Shown here piece by piece: positions 58,611 through 64,000 of a stretch of 64,000 nt of DNA; the first letter of the stretch is position 1, and each line of letters begins with the position of its first letter. The position numbers were made by a program, and so were the translations under genes. The notes under the pieces were generated by a model that saw nothing but the letters and a program-made list of their open reading frames with translations, was not told where the DNA came from and made no database searches. Origin of the DNA: Asterias rubens (lineage: Eukaryota); assembly GCF_902459465.1 (NCBI RefSeq), contig NC_047074.1, positions 2,542,001-2,606,000 of the forward strand. Reading direction: 5' to 3'.

Positions 58611-58642
58611 CATGGAGGAAGGAAGAGCTTCCTTCCTCCATG
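58611..58642. mobile_element. 32-bp hairpin mini-element with a 7-bp TSD
   Basis: gtacaac|CATGGAGGAAGGAAG-AG-CTTCCTTCCTCCATG|gtacaac. Confidence 0.75.
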
Positions 58643-59241
58643 GTACAACCATCGCGTACGATGCTGAAAGCTTTGATGACAAGTAACATTTGTGCAGAAG
58701 CCAACACAGCTTTTAAGTAACAATGGATTTGAAACAAATTGGATGATAGGCCGAAATTCTTTGTGTAGATTTCGTCTTCGAGAGAGCGAGGCCGTTTGTA
58801 CAAAAAGCACTTTCGTTGATTAGAAAAAAATGAAATTCTATTATTCAGGACATGTCCAACGTGCATCTCCAAAAGTAGGCCTGTTTATTATAACACGAAT
58901 TGAAGCAAACTTAGTTTCTACTGAATTCGACCAACAAGAGACGGTAAATGGCAAACGTAGATGAATAAAATCATAAAACCGCATCAGAATAACAATATTT
59001 AATACTTTATTTTCTAAATTTTGATCGTAATATTTTTGCCTCAGACATTTCCGAACAACTATATTATTACAACTTTCAAATGACTATGTGTAAAATAAAA
59101 TTTTAGTCACATGTTAAGAAATGCAGTTTAGTTATTATTATAAGCGTATCAAATATGCATACAAATAAGTAAATTTAAATTGATTTGTTCCAAAAAGATA
59201 TTGAGTACCACATAAGGTGTACAAAAGCAGAGCATGTTTAA

Positions 59242-59620
59242 AGGCAGTGCACACTATTGGTAATTGTCAAAGACTAGTCTTCACAGTTGGTGTATCTCAA
59301 CATAAGCATAAAATAACAAACCTGTGAAAATTTGAGGTCAATCGGTCATCGAACTTGCGAGATAATAATGAAAGAAAAAAACACCGTTGTCACACGAAGT
59401 TCTGTGCGTTTAGATGGTTGATTTCGTGACCTCAAGTGCTAAACTTGAGGTCTCGAAATAAAAATCGTGGAAAAATACTTCTTTCTCGAAAACTATGGCA
59501 CTTCAGAGGGAGCCGTTTCTCACAATGTTTGATACCATCAACCCCTCCCCATTACTCGTCACCAAGAAAGGTTTTATCCCAATAATTATTTTGAGTAACT
59601 ACCAATAGTTTCCACTGCCT
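59242..59620. mobile_element. Intact Kolobok-like MITE
   Basis: TTAA|aggcagtgcacactattggta ... taccaatagtttccactgcct|TTAA. Confidence 0.9.
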
Positions 59621-59733
59621 TTAACGTTTAGTCTTTTCACGCTGGTGTCAAGTCCGAAATAAAATCACAGACAACATTGTTCTCAACTACATTTAAAAAG
59701 CAAATGCGCACTTTGCTAGAATTTAACGCATTA

Positions 59734-60204
59734 AGGCACTGTACACTATTGGTAAAACTCAAAATAATAGTTACTATAAAAACGTACTTGGTCACGAGCA
59801 GCAGTGGAGAGCTGTTGATATAATATAAAACATTGTGAGAAACGGCTCCCTCTGAAGTAACTTAACTTTCTCACTAAAATATTTGAATTGAATTCGAGGT
59901 CTCAAATTCAAGGCATCTGAAGGTAAACAACTTCTGCGACAAGGGGCCGGTGTTTTTTCTTCCATCATTCTATGTTGGGACCAAGTGAGAAGACTGGTCT
60001 TTGACAATTACCAAAAGGTGACCAGCCGTCGATTTCACCAAACTCTTCATAACTTAGGATTAATCATAGGACTATAGGACAGGTTCAGTTCCGTATCCAA
60101 ATACGTAGGACGCATTGAACTTATCCCAAGTTAGGACGGGTTACTCGTCCTAACTCGAGATAAGATTGATCCTATAGCGTTTCGTGAAATTGACTGCTGT
60201 GCAT
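59734..60204. mobile_element. Kolobok-like MITE with a Harbinger-like MITE in its TIR
   Basis: aggcactgtacactattgg ... aattaccaaaaggtgacCAG[insert]CTGtgcat|TTAA. Confidence 0.85.
60026..60196. mobile_element. 171-bp Harbinger-like MITE (CWG TSD)
   Basis: TIR ccgtcgatttcac / gtgaaattgactg flanked by CAG and CTG. Confidence 0.75.
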
Positions 60205-61390
60205 TTAAAGGGCCTTGTCACAAGTGACAAGTTTTACAGGCAACTTATGGGCCTGCAGTGGTATATGGAATAACTTTGGTGACACACGAGTAACTTTGCA
60301 AACAGTGTATTATGATCCCAATAAAAACATGGGACCTTTTGTTTGCTTACAGTGATTTAAAACACGATGAAAAACGAAAATCAGGCTATGCAATTAAAAC
60401 TGCATTAGGCCTATTGAATGACGAGTTCTGGAAATATTGTCGGAAACTGTTGAGGCGGACGTGTTGAATAGATCCCATCACAAAAAGGTTTTTGATTGCT
60501 TAATACAATAATGAGGCCGTAAGTTCACTGTGAGTCAGAGTGATGATGGATTAGATTCTGTAAAATTGAAATGTGCAAATACTGTTTCGGGGGATTCGAT
60601 GAAAGGATCTCTCTCACATTGTTATGAGCCGTGATAAATAGCGAATTATAGCTTGACAACATCACTTATAATGTGACGGATACCGATTGCTTGTTTTTCA
60701 GTCAGCCGTTTAATGCAAACATTATTGAGTGGGTTTGCTATTGAAGTAGTTCTACTGAATGTCATCATAAAGACATTTGACACGTGCTCGGGGTGACGAG
60801 AGTGGTTTGGAAACAATCGCTTGTGGCAACAATCTGTCAGTTATACTCACTTGTTCTCTCTTAGTCTACATGGCGAGAAAATCCATCTTTTAACACTTAT
60901 ATGACATTTCCATGGAAACATAAGTTTTCACCTTTTGAACGGGCAATTAGTGACGGCGATAGGTTGAAATTGTTTGAAAACAATTCTGTTTTTTTTTTAA
61001 CTTTCGGTTTTTGGAACTGTTCGACTGTTTTAATCGTATATTACCATTTCCTTTTACAACAGGCAGCACTAGTTTGCTTTACTAAGCCGGGGTCATTGCA
61101 TTGTCTCTAGTACATGGATAGTGAAAAAAAAAACAGCGAAATTATACTTTTATTTGTACCTTAATTGGCATCAGACTAATAAAAAACAAAACAGGTTTTA
61201 ACAATAGTTTGCATACGACATGTTGACCATCGATACATCACCTACAGACGTTGTGTATGTGGGTGTGGGGGAAATTGCCAATGAGACTATTAAAACATCA
61301 TTGAGCATGTTTGACGAGCAAAACTTGAGAACATTGAGCCATAAAAAAGGTATACAAAGACGTGCATCTCTTCCTCTTTAGAAACTAAAA

Positions 61391-61840
61391 CCGGTGTCGC
61401 ATGCAATTCTGTCCTCTATGCAACACTATCCGGAGGACATTATTGCATATGCAATAATGTTCGCCGGACGGTTTTGCATATGCAATCGTGTCCGCCCGGA
61501 CGCTGCTGCATAAAGCAATTGTGTCCGCCCGGACACATTTGCATATGCAGTTGTGTCCGCCCCGTGCAAAACCGTCCTTGCAGTAAATTAAACGCCCTTG
61601 GTCGACGGAACATGTTCACCATATAACATGGGAAATGCTCATTCGCTGCCATCATAAAAACAAAATACGTGAATATTCATGCTGCATGCAGTGCATGCAC
61701 GCTCGCTTACGCGCACACATACAGTTATGTACATGTCCACCGGACGGTTTTTGCATAGCCCCGGAAACGATTGCATATGTATGCAAAAGTGTCCGGAGCG
61801 GACAGTATTGCATGGCGGATACAATTGCATCTGACACCGG
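61391..61840. mobile_element. 450-bp MITE with CCGGTGTC termini and many subterminal tgcatatgca/gtccg repeats
   Basis: ccggtgtcgcatgcaatt ... aattgcatctgacaccgg; second copy from 63629. Confidence 0.8.
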
Positions 61841-62908
61841 AATTTTAAGTGAATCAACATGGGCAGTATCGATACCCAAGAAGCCAAAAGTTACATAATC
61901 TGAAAAAGTGTTACTAACTGAATTTCAACCTCAAGCATTCAACAGTTTGGGGACTTGAAAAATAAACTGTGCGACGAGCATTGACTCATTTTCGGTGAGC
62001 CCATTACATCAATTTTAAAATGGGATTGATAATTTTTAATTTTCGCAGTGAAAACCAATCAACACATATAATGAGAGCAGTTTGTTGAGGCAAAAATGTG
62101 ATTTATGTTTTGTCATCTTCGTGATGAAAACGGTTACCAATGATTATCAACAAATTAAAGCATGCTAATCATCCACAGTAAATTTATTCACTTTTTCGTA
62201 AAATGCAGTGAACACGATAATCACAATCACCGATCTCGCCAGTTGTTTTAATTTGCCCGTCACGATGAAGCAGGCTGGCGGCAAAAAGACAAGTAGCTAT
62301 TGCTATCTTCGAGACTAATTTATCACTCACGAGCGCTCTACAGGACGACTCGGAAAAGAGCAGCATCTTTTCTTGTCTGACAATATTCAGTAAATACGGC
62401 AAGATATTTATCATCAGATGTCATCTGGAGACCAAGGGTGTATTTTGGCGCGGCGTCTATGAACCGACAGACTACTGAACTCTGACATCACACTTTACCT
62501 CGGCAAAGATGAGTCCGGGTTTATACGGCATTGGGAAGGTATCTTCCTTTTGGTAGGTTTTGCATAAAGCCTCAAATCGTATGAGCATTCTGAGAGAGAA
62601 AAATGAAAGGGCCGGGGCAGGACGATGGATGAAGTTATAAATTCCTCGTAACAGATTTAATTTACGATTTGGAAATAACACATAAGCATAAATCCCGTTG
62701 GGGTCGGCAACATAATTTATGAGAAAAAGTCATTATCTTTTTGTGATCTTTCTTCGTTTAATTAAATTTACTTGAATGTATCTTTTCCCATTCAAATGAT
62801 ACGTGCCTCTACATTATTTGTTTGCACAATATTGCAGTACAGCATTATGTTCACAGCAAAGGGGATGAAACCACGTGACAGTGTGGCAGCTTTCTGAGTG
62901 ACGTCACC

Positions 62909-63016
62909 AGGGGTGCGTTTTGGCAGTCGTAACCAATTACTGTTTCGGTTGAGTCAGCATATGGAAATAATCACAGGCCGAAACGGTTATTGGTTTAATA
63001 CGCCCAAAACGCACCC
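62909..63016. mobile_element. Small MITE with GGGTGCGTTTTGG TIRs
   Basis: gggtgcgttttggcagtcgtaaccaattactgtttcgg ... ccgaaacggttattggtttaatacgcccaaaacgcaccc. Confidence 0.7.
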
Positions 63017-63628
63017 AATCCGCCTGGAGTGACAAAACAAAACTCATAGGCTTATTTCTGACGTCAGGGTGTCACATTGGTTCGCAAACAGCACATAGAA
63101 ACCTAGCCAGTGATCTAAAGAGAAATCAAGTTTGGGCCAACAGAGAACGCACGATATAATACCCCGCTTCATTACTCGAGTTCCGTTTCCATCGCAGGTT
63201 CAATCAACCAGCAGACGTTCAAATATTGCCTCAGTTATGGTTGATTTAGAGGGAAGTGCGCATAGTATTTACCCTTCGTGGTGTCGACACCTCCAATTTA
63301 AAACCTAAGCACGTATACGTGTTTGCACCGCATGATCTACACCACTGTGTGCCAACAGAAACTCAGTGTTCTGATGTTAATAACGATGCCAATAATGCCC
63401 TCATTGGGGTGACTTTTTTGTCGCTAGACTTAACTCAAATTTGGGAAGCAGACGTAATTTTTCAGGGAAAAGTGCTATACAGGGGGCAATACGTTTGCAA
63501 ACACTTCGCCGTGAGACCGTATAAGGCATGAACACCACATCCCCCAGCGTCATCGCAAACTTCAGCAGTAACCACCGGGGGAAAGGAATCATGTCTGACA
63601 CATAGGAAGCCAAACCATGCACATTGGG

Positions 63629-64000
63629 CCGGTGTCAGATGCAATTGTGTCCGCCATGCAATACTGTCCGCTCCGGAAACTTTTGCATATATGCAATCGT
63701 GTCTGGGGTTATGCAAGAACCGTCCGGTGGACATTTACATGACCGTACATGTATGTGCGTGCGTAAGCGAGCGTACATTGCAGTTGTGTCCGACCCGTGC
63801 AAAACTGTCCTTGCAGTAAATTAAACGCCCTTGATCGACGGAACACGTTGCCATTTTTTACAAGCTATGTGCATGTCATGAATGACATTGGAAATGTTCG
63901 GCCGTTGGGTATTCGCTGCAATCATAAAATACGTGAATATTCATGCTGCATATTTACGTAGGTTCAGTGCATGCACGCTCGCTTACGCGCGCACATACAT
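63629..64000. mobile_element. Second CCGGTGTC-family element, running off the window end
   Basis: Begins with the reverse complement of 61700-61840, then continues with 61545-61720-like sequence in forward orientation. Confidence 0.8.

Noticed and set aside
1-64000. CRISPR arrays, operons, rRNA or viral genes
   Set aside because: The tandem repeats lack a repeat-spacer structure; gene organisation is spliced and eukaryotic; no such ORFs are present.

Overview
AT-rich, repeat-dense eukaryotic genomic DNA. The Deu-domain SINEs and intronless galanin/AstA-like GPCRs point to an invertebrate deuterostome, probably an echinoderm such as a sea star (inference). Three protein-coding genes are supported. 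(1) A 10-exon minus-strand gene (11198->140) that I spliced by hand into one open frame of 4623 nt (1540 aa): two degenerate FYVE zinc fingers (Pep7/Vac1/rabenosyn-like layout), a predicted coiled coil and a ~1090-aa disordered tail with ~9 copies of a basic/Trp motif. (2, 3) Two intronless class-A GPCR paralogs in divergent orientation (27249->26128 and 54830->55987) that share one 299-nt tract at 97.7% identity but are well diverged elsewhere, suggesting gene conversion. The rest is non-coding and packed with non-autonomous elements: several families of TTAA-flanked Kolobok-like MITEs, CWG-flanked Harbinger-like MITEs, TAG..CTA Academ-like MITEs, Deu- and Meta/V-like tRNA SINEs, Penelope-like termini with a hammerhead-like motif, foldback elements and minisatellites. 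The most unusual pattern is a Harbinger-like MITE family inserted three times at the same trinucleotide inside the same terminal repeat of a Kolobok-like MITE. Superfamily names rest on terminal/TSD signatures only; no database search was run. There are no prokaryotic features, rRNA, true tRNA or CRISPR.
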